Positions 30,914-46,319 of a stretch of 64,000 bases of DNA are shown piece after piece; position 1 is the stretch's first letter; the number at the start of each line of letters is the position of its first letter. A model generated the notes under the pieces. It ran no database searches and was not told where the DNA came from. It saw nothing but the letters and a program-made list of their open reading frames with translations. Origin of the DNA: the human T2T-CHM13v2.0 reference genome, Homo sapiens; assembly GCF_009914755.1 (NCBI RefSeq), contig NC_060930.1; one strand, given 5' to 3'. The position numbers were made by a program, and so were the translations under genes.

Positions 30914-31370
30914 ATGGGGTTCAGGACATGCTACCCCCAAATGTGTCTCCGTGGTATTAAGAAAGTCTAGGAAGGTCACTTTCTTTTCCCCTTCTCCCCC
31001 AAAGCACGTCATAAGACTCTCATCTGAGAGGTACCCTCCCTACACTTGGAAGAAAAGAACATCCTTATCTCTGAAATCACAGGGACACAGAGAAGAATAT
31101 GAACAAACAGTTCTTGCTAAGTTTCCCTCAGTTTATTACTGTTAGATCCTACCCTTTTGTTCTCAAATCCTATTTCCCCTTAACTGTCCATTCTTCATCA
31201 AACTTAAGCATAAAAGTACATAAGTTTACTTCATTTTGGAGAGTCTTCATTTCTGAAGGTTTCCATGTCATGTAAAACTTGTATTAAATAAATTTGTATG
31301 TTTTGCTCTTGTTAATCTGTATTTTGTTATAGAGGCCACAGCCATTAATCTAGTGATGGGTGAAAAAAGA
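30914..31370 (+). mobile_element. ERV1 solo LTR, MER34A-like
   Basis: Start ggggttcaggacatgctacccccaaat; internal aacatccttatctctgaa..acagggacacagagaagaat; AATAAA followed by ttgtatg...tcttgttaatctg. Confidence 0.65.
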
Positions 31371-31647
31371 AATCAACCCACCAAGATTCCTTAATCAATT
31401 GCCTGTAACTCTATATATTTTCAATGTGTAACAAAAAGGTCATGGATTCCAGCCACATGTGTAAGCCAAGTTGACCACCCTGCTGTGCCAGTGGAAACAC
31501 ACTGTCACAGTAAGACTGTGGTATTACCTACGTATCAATAAGACCACAGACGGAATTTTGTATCTGCAATTTTTCCATTTCAAGAGTTCATTTATTTTAA
31601 ACATAATTCATTACCAACAGCTAACCCTCTTTTTTTCACTCTATTAA

Positions 31648-31950
<303 letters not shown>

Positions 31951-34354
31951 AATACAGCTTATTTCTTAAAAATAGTCTGGAATATGCTTTTTTTTTTAAT
32001 TGAATGAGGCTCTTTTTGATGCCAGGTTCATGCTCCTGCACCAGTTTTGTTTGTTTGTTTGTTTGTTTTTACAAGAATGCCTACAACTTACCAGTTACCT
32101 TCAAACACAATTTTTTGTACATATCTGAATTTTGTGCCTACAAACTTTTAGCAAGACTCCAGGCTACTCTGACTTTCACTGTTCTGAATTTGTATCTTTG
32201 CTCATAACCTCACAACTACTTTGGTTGGGTGCCAGTAGAGGCAATGCCAGTGCTTACTTTTCACCAATCCTTGAGCTGTATTTGGTTTAGGAATATGAGT
32301 CTATTAGGTGAAGAAGGAATGTAAGATATTTCAGATAGTGGGGAAAAGTATATTTGAAGGCACAGATGTGTGAAAGAGTTTAGGATATATGAATAACTCT
32401 AAGTAGTCTACCACTGATGTAGCACAGAAAATGTAAGGGACTGGTGATGGATGAGTGTGAACAGATAGGCAACATCAAAGTAGAAAGCCTTTGTAAGTTT
32501 CCTGAAGGAATTTAGTTTTTATGATATTAAAGAAATTTTGAAGGATTTAAAATACATGAACAGTATGATCAAGTTGGGGGTTTTAAAGATCCCTTTTAGT
32601 TTTGAAGGTGGAATTGTTGTTCACTGGACAAGATTTGGTGAGAACAGCCAAAAAATATTGCAAGAATACAAGCTGATAAGATCTGAATTATGGAAGACTC
32701 TAAAGGGATGAGGGAAAGAAATCAGATTTGTAAGATATATGGGGGAAAAATGAAGAATATATCATTTGCAAATTGGACTTTATGAAGTCAGAATTTAGGA
32801 AGACATCTTTCTGATAAATATGACTGGAAATGGGATTGAGGTAAAAAAGCAGAATTGAAATAATACAGGATGAATTTAATTTTGAACATATTGCATTTTA
32901 TTTTCTTGTAATATATTGATCTAGTTGGCAGTTAGATATGTAATTCCAGAGCTCAAGAGAATGTTCTGGCTTGGAGATAACTTTTGGAGTTAAGATGATG
33001 GTTGGTCTCATGAATAATGGTGTGATAGTTCACTCAGGGAGCACATACGTGTTTCAGTACATTTACACTATTGGACATTTCTTTCTTCTCCTGACACTAT
33101 TTCAGTGATTCTGTCCTAAAACTTACTGTATTCTGTTTGGTTTGACAAACAATTATAAATTATGGGCTTCCAAAGAAGGTAAAAAGCATCTGGGATTAAA
33201 AGAATAAAATGTCCTTTGAGTCTGGCTCACAAGTTCTTTAAGCATATTGGGAAATGATGATTGTAAGATGACAGCCATGAGACATTCAAAACCAGTAAAT
33301 CCTGAATATGTCAGATACCTGCAACCTAACTTCATTTCCTGATACTTATCGGATTCCCAGGTCCTGATCTCTGTGTTTTCAACTACAACTTGAGTACTTG
33401 ACATTGATTTCTAATTACTTCTCTTCATTTGAGATTTATTGGATACTCTTAATGACAGACTATATCCTGACTCCAATTAACCCCACTACAGTGACTCAAA
33501 AAGAAAGTTACAGACTTCTTCCTCTCATAGAAAACACACATATTTTGTCTTGCTGGCATCACTGGAATCAGTGCTTTAACATAAAAATCCACAATAACAG
33601 ATGAGTCCTTGGTTTATCCATTTATCAGTCAATTATTTTATTAGGCATATTTCTTATTAGGTGTTTATATATAGTGACATTAATTAGGTGCCTAACCTGG
33701 AATGAATATTCTTAACTTGAATCCTATAAATTTTATATTCTGAGCTCTCTTAGCTTTAGTTCTACATAGTAATTGATTAAAAAAACAAACAAACAAAAAG
33801 CATGAATTTATTTTAACTACTTTGAGTAATCTCATATTGGAAAAGCAAACAAAACATTTTTTCACTACTTCATCAGAGGATTAATAAAAGAAAGAAATGC
33901 TTTCGCCATATAGTTGTTTGAAAAACATTTCATGTTATATGAAGAATACCTTATGCTACATTCAAATATAATTATAGCCAAAGGCACTAAAATATTTATT
34001 TTCATGTATGTCACAGCTTTATGTCTTTAAAAACTCAAAATTTGTATTTGCTGTTTTTAACTTTTAAATTTACATTGTTGGCAAGTATGATACTCCCTGA
34101 CCTTGAAGAGAAACAAAACAGTACCTTCAAAGTGAAGCACACACTTTTTGTGCCCTCGAGCAATAGCATTCCGTGTTTACTATTTGTTTACATCAGAATT
34201 TCAGTGTGCTCCACAGTTCTGATAGGTATAAATATATAGGCACACCCTAAAACTATCCTGTACTTAAATAGATTTTAGAGGATACTGGGTTAAGCAGCAA
34301 AGTTTGTTAGGTTTTGTTATCACTGAATGTTTAACAAATTCACGTGCATTGTGA

Positions 34355-34662
<308 letters not shown>

Positions 34663-34919
34663 TGCAGAAAGATTTTTTGAAACTAAAACTTGGGGCATAA
34701 TTTCTCAGAAGAATACACTGTGGAAAACAATAAGTTAGACTCTGACGATTTTGAAGCCCTTACAAATATTTATAATGGAATTCACTTATACGTGCAAATC
34801 TATGAACTACATACCCTACCAATAATTAGCAGAAGAGCAGACCATTTCTATAATTAGTTGACACTTGGTACCTGGATTTAATATCTAACTGAAAAGAAGC
34901 TTTCAGTAAGGTCTGCGAG

Positions 34920-35110
34920 TTGAATGGAAAAATGGAAGTCAGAATCTGGTTTTGAATCGTGAGCCTGCCACTTAGTAGTTGATTTACTTTAGGTAAGTTG
35001 CCATAACTGGAGTGGGGATAATAATAATGAATAACTTGAAGTTTGTTTCTATTAGAGATAAAAATTTATAAATTATATAACATCATTCCTGGCACAAAAT
35101 TGTCAGTGAG
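34920..35110 (+). mobile_element. MIR fragment
   Basis: tgccacttagtag...ggggataataata...cctggcaca. Confidence 0.55.
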
Positions 35111-37809
35111 TGATCGTTTTTAACGACCACAGGGTAATCTAAAATTAAAACATAATAAATGGTGTTCTTCGTTGCTATTTCCCCCCGGACTTTCTAATAT
35201 GTTTTTTAACATTTTCTCCTTATGGGCCACCATTCCTCTTCTTCAGGCCATGTGTTGGTGAACTTCTTCTCTATATCCTCTCTCAATTCATTTCTCTTGC
35301 TTGGAAACTCATTTATCTCCATTTACCTAATTCATACTCATTCTACTCATACCTTTTTCTGGTGGTTTTTCCTCTGGGATGATTTAACTGACTGACTTGG
35401 GACATTTTTACTTTTCCCTTCTCTCACATCTAATGATCCTTTTTTCTATAAAATGTTATCTTTATGCATTTAAATGCAAACTTTTAGTATTAGTTTATAT
35501 TTTTCTGTACAAGTTCTCTGTCCTCAACTAGATTAAAAGGTGCTTGAGAGAAGCAACTCTGTCTTAAAGCAGAGTATTTTCTTTAAAATGATAGGTATTC
35601 AAAAAACTTTTTTTTATTTTATTGATTACAAAAGGCAGCAGCTGAAAGTTAAACTCACTATTCATTATAGAAAAAGAACTTTCAGTAGACAGATGTGGCT
35701 AACTACTACTGATCATTGAGGAATAATTCTCATTGCACAAGATCTTTTTCATGTCTGTTTTACATGCATATTCAGTGACATTGAAGGAGTTTTCCAGTGT
35801 CTGATCAACTTTTGAGTGGGATGTGGGTAGAAAGCAAGTTAGTATTGAGTTCTTTATTCTAATTCATTTCTCTATCAATGTGTTTCCATTTGTTTTGGAG
35901 AAACAAACAGAAGTAGAGGATGGCAAACACTGGAATCTCCTTTCTAACACCAGAGGGCCTCCAAACAAAATGTTCAGTGAATTAAAAGAAATAGAATTCT
36001 AGTCATTGAAAACTCCACCTTCTAATCTTTGGATGCAAAATGTCTTCATTTTTCGATTGGCTCCATCTTTCTTTCATACATTCAAATTTATTCGATCTTT
36101 AAGTAGTGAAAAATACATAAAGAGAATATTGAAGAAAAAAAATTCAACCTCATTTATTACACCAAAATTGGTTTTAGGTAGATGCTTTAAAACAATTTTA
36201 GGAAATGGAATGCCATTCTAAGCAGGATATGAATTCAAAGAGTGGTAATCAGCAATAATTATATCTGGATAGTTTGTCAGAGTTTGTGGGGGTAAAGATT
36301 TTTCCTAACTTAGGCCTTCATGTCCTTGTATCCCCCTGTCTTTCTTGCTCCACACTTTTCTTCACTTAAGTCCTACAGAACTATTTATACTTTCCATCAT
36401 CCACATGAGTCATTTTCCCTCTTCAAAGTATTTCCATCTACGCCACTTCTTTAACTCCATAGTTATCTGTCTTGACTGCATATTTGACCAGCTAAATAAT
36501 TTCTATCCCATGTGCAAAATGAAAATGAGGGATCTCTTGTTGAACAAGTACTAAGAATTTCAAAAGGACACTAGCAGAGCAGAAAACCCAAAAGCAGAGT
36601 CCTTTGAAACGTTGGGCCCTGTACCACAGCACAGGTCACGTCCCCATGAATCTGGCCCAACTGCACGTTATAATCACATAGGAAGTTGTTTTTTGCTTTG
36701 TTTCATTTTTAAATAATGATGCTAAGGTAGTGCTCAGATGCATTAGATCAGAATTTCTGGGGGTAAGGCCCAGACCTCAGTTTTGTAATTTTAATTGCAT
36801 TTTAATTGTAAAAAATTTAAGTTTATTTTAATTTTAATGTGTAGCCAAGGCTGGGCACCAAATTCAAAGGCTATTTCCTTGTCACTTGGCGTATACTTAC
36901 CTATTTACTTTTCTATCTCTCTCATGAGACCATTAAGTTCCTTAAGAGTAGATATCATATCTTTTTAGCCTTTTCATCTTTATGACATAGAACAACACCT
37001 GGAACATTTTAGATATCTATTAAATAGATTATACTGAATGAATGATTAAATAGATACTAATATGACCTCATTTTTAATTTTACAGGGTGTAATCAAGAAA
37101 AAAAGAAAGTAAAGGCAGACTTATTGGATGATAATTTGAAAGTGTAAAGAGAAAACATACTCTTAGAAAAAATGTAATAAAATATTTGAGAAATTAGATC
37201 TAAATTTACTTTTTAAATGAAGGGTATTGAGAGATACAATAGTCCCCTCAATTCTGTGCTTAAGGGGAAAATTATCTTATTTACACTATTACTCATTAAA
37301 CTTTCAGAGTTGAGGAAAAGCAAGAATAAGGAAACAAGATGGGAGAATGTTTACAGAATTAAGGAAATATGATGTTTCTCAATATGTGTGTAATACAGTT
37401 GAATAATAGGAGAGTAAATTTGTGGTAGAAGATTCCTTCTCAAAGAACGACATGGCTTGTGAATGGTACTAGAACTGGAAAATAATGAGCCATTATTAGC
37501 ACTAGTTTTGTCTGATCAAATTAATAGAATAAATGTAATTGCTCATAAGCACTAGTAAAGAACAATCTTAAGCATTTGCTAGTTTTAAATAATTTGGTCC
37601 AGATTTTAACATAGCATACATTTTCCATTATATGATTGTGCTAGATGTTTACACATAATGTAAGAGTATGGCACATATAAATAGCCCATTATTATGTTGT
37701 GTTTATAGTATATCATAGCAATTTGAGGACACATGACATGTCTCATTTTTTTCTTTTTGGTACAGCGTTTGGCAAACTAAGTTCAGAGGGCTAGATACAT
37801 GTTTTTTGT

Positions 37810-40800
37810 ATTTTCTCTTTTATTTAGGTAAAACTTACATGATGCAAAATTCATCATTTTCACCAAAGTATGTAATTCAGTGGTTTTCAGTATGTTCACA
37901 ATATTGTGCAGATATCACCACTATCTAGTTCCAGATCATTTTCATAACCCCTAAAGAAAACTCTGTATCCATTAATCATTTATTCTGCGTTCATTGTTTG
38001 TTTGTTGTTGTTGTTGTTGTTGTTGTTGTCGTTTTGAGACAGGGTCCCATTCTCTGTCACCAAAGCTGGAGAGTAGTGGTGCTATCATAGCTGACTGCAA
38101 CCTCCAACTCCTGGCTCAAGCAGTCCTCCCACTTCAGCCTCCCAAGTAGCTAGGACTGCAAGCACACACCACCAGGCCTGGCTAATATTTTTATTTTGTA
38201 CAGATGGGGTCTTGCTATGTTGCCCAAGTGGGTCCTGGCCTCAAACAGTTCTCCCTGCATAGCATCCCAAAGCACTGAGATTACAGGTGTTAGCTACTGT
38301 GCCCAGCCTTGCGTTTGTTTTTACCCATGAGGCCCTGGCAATAGCCTATCTGCTTTCTGTTTCTATGGTTTGAGTACTCTGGATATTTCTGGGTGACTAG
38401 AATCATGTACTGTGTGGCTTTTTGTGTCTGCCTGCTTTCACTTAGCATAATATTTTCAAGGTTCATCCATGCTGTAACATGTATCAATACTTCAATACTT
38501 TTATGATTAAATGATATTCCATTTTATGCATATTCATCATTTAGTTTATCTGTGAAACCACTGATTGGCATTCAGTTTATCTCCAAAATTTGGCTATTGT
38601 GAAAAGTTCTGCTATGCACATTGGTTCACAGTTTTTGTTTAAACACCAATTTTTAATCTTTTTGGGTATATACCTAAGAATAGCATTGCTGAGTTTTATG
38701 GTAATTCCATATTTAACTTTTTGAGGAGCTGCCAATATTTTTTTTATAGCAGCTGCACAATTTCACTTTCTCACTAGCAAATGTATGAAGGTTCTATTTT
38801 CTCTATATCCTCACCAACTTGTTACTTTCATTTTTAAAATTATAAAACATCCTGGTAGGTGTGAAGTGGTATCTTACTGCGGTTTAGATTTGCATTTCCC
38901 TAATGACTAATGATGTTGAGCATGTTTCTGTGTGCTTGTTGACATCTATATGTCTTCTTTGGAGAAATATCTATTCAAGCTCTGTGCCCATTTTTAAACA
39001 GCATTGTTTTTTTTTTGTTGTTGTTGTTGTAGGAGTTCTTTATATATTCTGAATAGTAGAATATTATCAGTTATATGATTCACAATATTTTCTCCCATTC
39101 TTTAGTTTGTCTTTTCATTTGTTTGACAATGTCCTTTCATACACAAAAGTTTTCACTTATGATAATGTCCAATTTATCTATATATTTTTTGTTGATTGTA
39201 TTTTTGGTGTCATATCAAAAAATCCATTGCCAAATCCAAAATCATGAAGTCTTACCTATATATTTTATTGTGAGAGTTTTATAGTTTTATCTTTTACATT
39301 TAGATCATGATAACTTTGGATTAATTTTTTGTGTACTATGTGAGGTAAGTATCAACTTCATTCATTTACATGTAGATTTTTAGTTGTCCCAATGCCCTTT
39401 GTTCAAGAGATGATTCTCATTATTTTGTTGAGAAGTTTTACATCTGTATTCTTAAGGGACATTGGTATGTAGTTTTCTTTTATTGTGAAGTCTTTTCTGG
39501 TTTAGTATCAGGGTAGTGTTGGCCTGAAAGAATGGACAAGAAGGTGTTCCCTCCTGTTTTATTATTTGGAAGAGTTTGAGAAGGATTGGTGTTGAATTTT
39601 CTTTAAATGATGATGGAATTCATCAGTGAAGTTATTTGGTTCTGGGATTTTCTTTGGAGGTTCTGGATGACTGGTTCAATCTCTTTATTTTCTCTAGATA
39701 TATTCAGATTTTTATTTCTATTTGAGGAAGTTTTGATAGCAGTGTCTCTGTAGAAATTTGTCTATTTCATTGGGGTAGTCTAATTTTTGATGTGTAATTA
39801 TTTCTATGATTCTCTTGTAAACTTTTTATATCTACAAAGTTGGTAGCAAAGGCCCTCTTTTTTCATCTGATTTTTTTTGCTATTACTTTTTTCTTGATTG
39901 GTCTAGCTAAAGATTTGTTAATTTTGTTCATCTTTTCAAATAATCAAATTTTGGTTCCATTGCTTCTCTCTATTTTTTTTTTCTGTTCTCTATTTTATTA
40001 TCTCTGAGGTAATCTTTCTTCTTTTCTTCCTACCTGCAGGTTTAGTTTGATCTTATTCTTCTAGGTTTCTATGGTGTAAATTTATGTTACTTATTTGAGA
40101 TTTTTCTTCCTTTTTAATGTAGATATATACAGCTGTAAATTCCCTTTGAGGGACTGCTTTCACTGTATCCATTGAGTTTTAATATGTTCTGCTTTTGTTT
40201 TCATTCATCACAGAGCATTTTCTAATTTCCCTTCTAATTTCCTCTGCAACTCATTGGTTTCTCTCAAGGCCAGTTTCTATTAATTTCTTTGTTCCTGTCA
40301 ATGGGCTGTACTTTCTTGTTTGTATTTTTCACTTTTTTTTGGTTAAAAAATGGGCATTTTAAACAGTATAATATTGCAACTCTAGAAATAAGATATTCCC
40401 CTCACCCAGGGTTTTTTGTTTACTGGTTATTGTAGTTCTTTGTTGTTTAGTGACCTTGCTAAATTAATTTTGTAAAGTCTGTATTTTTTGTTCTGGGTGG
40501 CCACTGAAATGTGTGATTGTTAGGTTAGTAGTACCTTAGTAACTTGACAGAGATTTCCTTAAACTCCTGGAACAAAACAACAAGAAACAAAACCAAACTT
40601 CCCGTCTTTGTAGTTTGGTTGTATATTGGGGCACTCCTTTACTGTTTAGCCAGGCAGTTTACAATTCTGCCCTATTCTTCCTTCCTGCTTGCATGGAGCC
40701 TGAATCTAGCCAGAGGTAAGGGCTTAGGGTCTTGTCAGGTCCTTTCTGAGCATACATCCCCCACTGGTTATGTGCATGGACTGCTAGATTCCCTTGACTA

Positions 40801-41330
40801 TACGGGAGCTTGTCCCAGCTCTTAGTGCCCCCAAGTATTTCCTCCCTAGTCTTTCTGTCTCAGGCTTTCAGGTCAATCTATTTCTTGCCCCTACTTTTCC
40901 CTCTTACCCACCAGGTGGCAGGTAATATATTTGCCTTTAAATGCTTACAAAAAACACCACGTGTGAAGCAGCTTCAGCCTTAGGGAAGCTCCTTATGCAG
41001 ATGAACCAATGGCAAGTCCTTGAGCCCATCCCTCTGGGAGCCACCACACAGGTTAAAATACGTAACAATTTTGTAAGAATAAGGTCCATATGGTTTCCTA
41101 TGGTGTGTATGACCTGCATCAGGAATGCAGGCTACTATCTTCAAGACTGTTGTGGAGCTGAGGAGTATCAAATAGTATCAACAGGGTAAATTAATATGCC
41201 ACAGAGCTCTCCAACCAAGATTCTGTAGTTTTTCCCTTCACTAAACATTTCCTTGTCGTTGTAAGTTTTTATTCAATTCTAGAGTTATTTAAAAATTGAT
41301 TCTGATGGTTTGCCAGTTTATCAACTGCTT
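37810..41330 (-). mobile_element. Ancient L1M composite: L1MB7/8-like 3' end and ORF2 pieces (to ~40260), then probable L1M 5'-region sequence
   Basis: aattcagtggttttcagtatgttcaca...ccactatctagttccaga; tgcatttccctaatgactaatgatgttgagc; abrupt jump in ORF2 near 39420. Confidence 0.7.
37994..38308 (-). mobile_element. AluJ with (TTG)n tail, nested in L1MB
   Basis: J-type atcatagct...ggctcaagcagtcctccc. Confidence 0.85.
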
Positions 41331-41331
41331 C

Positions 41332-41445
41332 TATGGCTGCTTTCACACTATAATGACAGAATTGAATAGTTATGACTATATAGTTCATAAAGCCAAAAAT
41401 ATTTACTATTTGGTCTTTAAAGGAAAAAATTTGAACCTCTAGTCT
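41332..41445. mobile_element. MER58A-like fragment
   Basis: tatggctgctttcacacta...gcc aaaaatatttactatttgg..ttta. Confidence 0.55.
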
Positions 41446-44400
41446 ACATATCTATATTCAGAATTTACATAAAAACATTTGTTTCATGAATGTATTAATG
41501 ACTAAATTGGTGGATGAATGGATGAATGAATACATCCAAAATATTTATATTTTAACACGAGGTATTCCAATATAGATATCTACATGCATCTTGTTAAACT
41601 TCAAATAAAAATTTAGAAAATCATGGTAATTTATTGATCATCTTTGGAGTTGCTCTTTTCACTTAGAGGTTACTATGGAAATACAGGAGTGGCGGTAGTC
41701 AATTATCAATAAACATGCCAATCAAACACATATATTACTACTGGGGATCATTCTCATGGTGTTTATAAGCTGTCCCCCATCCCTTGATCAAATCATACTG
41801 TATGTGTGCTAAATCTACCCAAGAGTGTTGCTTATTAGAGTAATGAGTTGATAACATTTTTGTGAGAGAAAAATTTATCTTTGCTGAAAATCTTCCTTTA
41901 TTCTGCTTGTATTTCTTTGTAAGCATTAGTTATATTTCTTGGGTGTTTTTCATCATTTGAGAAGAATACCTTTTACCCATAATAAAAGTAAACCTATCCA
42001 TGAAAATTTTATCTAATAAAAATTTTTAGTTTAGATGCCTGAAATCAAATAAAAATAATATTAAACAGGGTTGAAAAGAATGTTAAAACAGGTAACTAAA
42101 ACTTGCTGCCTTATACTATCTAGTAAAGCAGACTTTCCGAATGTTTATCCTCTGTGCTTGGATGAGAGGACTGCAAGTGAAGATTTGGGAAAATTCAAGT
42201 AAAGCATGGTCTAGGTAGAAAGGGAAACAAAGAAAAACCCCCAAACCAAAACTAACCCAACGAAAAAGGGCAGAGGGTTATCCTTTGTTCCATCTCCTTA
42301 ACATTGCTGTCCATAGTAATACCTTTCATCCTTAATCTCCCTTTTAAAAGTGTGACTGTCCCCTCTGCATTATCCTGAGCACCTCTTGAGCCCTTAGGGG
42401 GAAATATGTTGAGGTCTGTTTCATTTTATTGTTGTTAAGGTGTAAGTCTGATAGTTATAATGAACCAACTCACCTTCCTGAAAAGCATAATTGTTCCACT
42501 ATTTCTGTTGCCCATTCATCAGCCTTCTACTTTCAATCAACTTAACATCTGCCTTGATTTCCATACTCTATAAAAACTAGATTGCCCTCTTACTAGTTAT
42601 GATTTAATGCCTTCAGTAAGAGGGCAGTAATAAGATATAGAGACTGAACACACTGCTCAGAAAATAGAAGGAAATAAATTATTTTCAGGAAAATATGAAC
42701 TGCTCAGTTTTGTTTCAATTGCCGTAATATTACTTTAATCTTAGATTATTTTTTTGTAACCATTATGTCTTTTTCATTTGGCCCATAGGGATGCTATTTA
42801 AAAAAAGGAGGGTTTTTTTTTTTTTTTTTTTTTTTTTTGGTCAACCCTATGTTCATTAAGGAAAAAAAAAAGGCACCATTAGGTAATATTTTCTAAATGC
42901 ATTGATATCTTTAAGAAACTGGAATTTCAGCTGTTGCCACAAATAAACTTTACAAGTTTTTTAGTCATAAGGATAAATTCAAGAACAAGACTGGGGTTAC
43001 CTGAATATACCTGTCTATTTTTCAAAATAAATGATTTGTGGGCTACAGCATCCTGTGTTCTGAGATTCACCACAATGCTCTAAAACAAGACACATGTCCC
43101 TGTTTCTCAAAAACGTAGCCTGTGAGAACATTCTGCATTCCACTTCTGATAACTAATGAAGCAAAGTAGACGTGTAAATAAATACAGGATAATATATAAT
43201 TGGTAGGGATTTCAAATTCACCACTAGATTGGGAGTTTCATAAGGGCAGGAATTTTTCTATGTTGTTTTGATTTGTTTTTCATTGTTCAGTGTTGTATAC
43301 CTAGCACCTGGAAGAGTGTTGGGACAGAGTAAGAGTTCAGTGTATGCTTGGGTAAATACATTGGTTTATTTATTCTTATCATTGTAATAGCAGGGGATAT
43401 TTTATACATATCACATTAAAATTAATTTACATTTTAATGTCCCTATGTTTTAAGTAGCATGAGTAAGACACTGATATCTCAGGGTTAACATATGAAAAAG
43501 ATAATTGAGCCCTAGATAAGAGCTGAGAGATACATGAGTTATATGCTTTAAACATTATTAAAAGTTTTATTATATTTAAATAAAACATTTTTATACCCTC
43601 AACCTTAAAATGTATTTTACTTTTTCAGAACTTCATTTTGGATTCATTCTGTGCCAACTCCCAGTCTAATGCAGATAAAAATATATGAGTTATTGGGTTC
43701 CTTAAAACTGGGGTTGATAGTAGAAATGCTGACAAATCCTTATTACAGATGCCAGTGGAATGAAGTGCCTTTACCTCTAGCAAATGCTGATGTGGAGATT
43801 TAAGACTATATGAGAAATCAGTTAAGTTGCCCAGGAGAGTTTTATCATATTATTCAATGAACTTGGTATGTGATGCAGTAATTGCTTTTGGTACCATTTT
43901 TCTTCTCTTACGTGAGGTTATTATTTATCCTTGTACCGTGTGAAACAGAGAAAGAGAGCTTAAAGGAGAGTCATAACTTGATGTAAAACTATCCCATGAC
44001 ACAGTGTAGCTGGAGATAGGAATCAAAGCAAGAAAACTGCATCTTACTTATCAGAATTAAATATGGGAAGAGTAATATTTGACATTGTGGAGATCCATAA
44101 ATACTAAAAAGATACACTCAGACCACAAATATTTTTTTCTAGTGATGTGCAAACCTGTTGAAGACATATATCTAAGTAGGTTTTTTAATCTCAGAGGGAT
44201 CAACAAATTTATTTGCCTATGACAGAAGTTTTCTTATTAGCTTTAGGTGAAGGAAATCAAATTAACAGGTAGGAGGCTAGTAGGACAAGTTAGAGTAATA
44301 AGATTTAAATAGCCTAATAACTTTTACAATTATATTGCTGTTTTCACTTATTGCACACATATATCCCTCATATGCTTCACAGACTCCTAACACCAACTTT

Positions 44401-44919
44401 GATTATATTTTATCCAGTGTTCAAGTCAGTTTCTGTGAAAAATAAATAAAAAGTACTTAGGAATATAATTTAATTTAAAATAGAGACAATTATAATTTAA
44501 CAATGCAAACAGAAGAAAAAGCATTTTTAGATAGTCATATGTTGCTACCTAAATCTGATTAGTTTAATAGATGTTATTTTTATAAATTCTTAAAATACTT
44601 TATGTTAAAAAGGTGTGCTTTTATTTAGAAATGAGATGATTTGTCAGGTAGAAAATGAATTTTGTGTATTTTATATTTACTATTTATTTTCTTCCATAAA
44701 GTTGTCTTGATGGCATTGTTCAATAATTAATACCATTTTGCATACAATATAGCCCAGTGGCTAATCCCAGTTAACTAAAAAAAAAAAAGTCATACAACAG
44801 GTGTTTAATTATGTAATGAACTATTTACAATTTTATATTCACATGGAGTTTGGAAATGGTCAGTAAGAATTATTTAATCAAGGAAGTATGGGAGGGATGG
44901 GTAAGTGGTCCAGCAGTCA

Positions 44920-45130
44920 GCCTGGCTGAGTTGTATACTGGCTGTTGACTATGGGCAAAAAAAAAAAAAAAAAAAATCTTAACACCCTTTCCCTCAGTTT
45001 TTTCATAATAGATATAATATTACTGACCTCATGTAGTTGTTATGGAGAATACAATTGAAATAATCCAAGTAAAGCATTTAGAACAGGGTTTGGCACATAG
45101 TAAGTGCTTGGGAAATGTTAAACATTACTA
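44920..45130 (+). mobile_element. MIR fragment with an internal A20 run
   Basis: cctcagttttttcat...gacctcat...aaagcatttagaacag..tggcacatagtaagtgct. Confidence 0.65.
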
Positions 45131-46319
45131 TTGCTTAGTCATGGGGATTGGCAAATTGTCGATCTTTGTTCCTTTTAAGTAAAACAAAACAAAACAAAAC
45201 AAACTCTGTATTTGAAAATCATAACCTAAATGAAACAAAAGTATGAAATCAATAGAGCTAATTTACTATACCTACATGCTTTATTTTTTTCCCATTCCAC
45301 CAACCCTGTATTCTCAGTCTTTCCCCTACTCTGCAAGGGAATATGATATTCTCCTCAAGTCCTTAACCCTCTACACATGGGTTAGTGACTTGAGGATTTG
45401 TTACCATCATGCCCGAGCCTCATAGTGGAACTTACCTGTCTCAATTTTTTTCCTTCAAGTTCAGGTTTCCCTGGCTTCCCCGGTTGACCAGAACAATTCG
45501 TTTCTATTCAATTCATTTCAGCAGTCATTTTATTGGTAAGCCTGCTATGTGCCAGGGGATGTTTGGTGCTTTTGAAGCAAAATTAAGTAACCATTTTGCC
45601 GAGTAAATCGCTCAAGTCTAGTTCAGAAGGCTTACATATAAATCATCACCTACTACTTGGTATGATAAATGCTATGGTAAAAGTATTCAAAAGTTGTTGC
45701 AGGAGCACCAGAAAAAGAAACACCTAAATATGTCTGAAAAGTGAATACTCAGTACCAGAAAGCTGTTTCACCACAGGGCTTCTTCCCTTTCTAATATAAC
45801 AAGGGCATATAAACTATGATCTATGGAAATGTGTTATCTACTTGAAAGACTAGCAGGCCAGGAAGAGTAGTGAGGCAAAAGGGTATGATAACCTCTTGGG
45901 TGGAAGGGCACTACATCTGTTACATTTGCAGTACTTTGTGTACCCCTGGGGAATAAAGTTTATATGTGATCAAATGTTACATAAAAATCAGACAAGATCC
46001 TAACTGTTCTTTTACTTATGTTAAGCTCAAATATGTAGCTTTGGATGTAGTTAACAGATTAATTTCTGATTCCCATCTGATTCAATTTAAAAATCCAACA
46101 TATATGGTTTTCTCCCAGACGATATTACGATGTAGAAAGCAACCTAAAATAGTGGGAAAAGTAGGTATTGTGGAAGTTGAAAAACCTAGGTTCAAACCTC
46201 TTATTTTGTTGCCTCTTTTAGTTGTTCTTTACCTCTTCTTAGCTATGTGACCTGGGAAAATTATTTAACCTCTTTGAAAATTTAAATGTCAAATGAAAAT
46301 AGTCCCAATAAGACTGCAT

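Noticed and set aside
42813-42838. Isolated T26 run as an orphan retrotransposed tail
   Set aside because: No flanking TSD or element body is recognisable.
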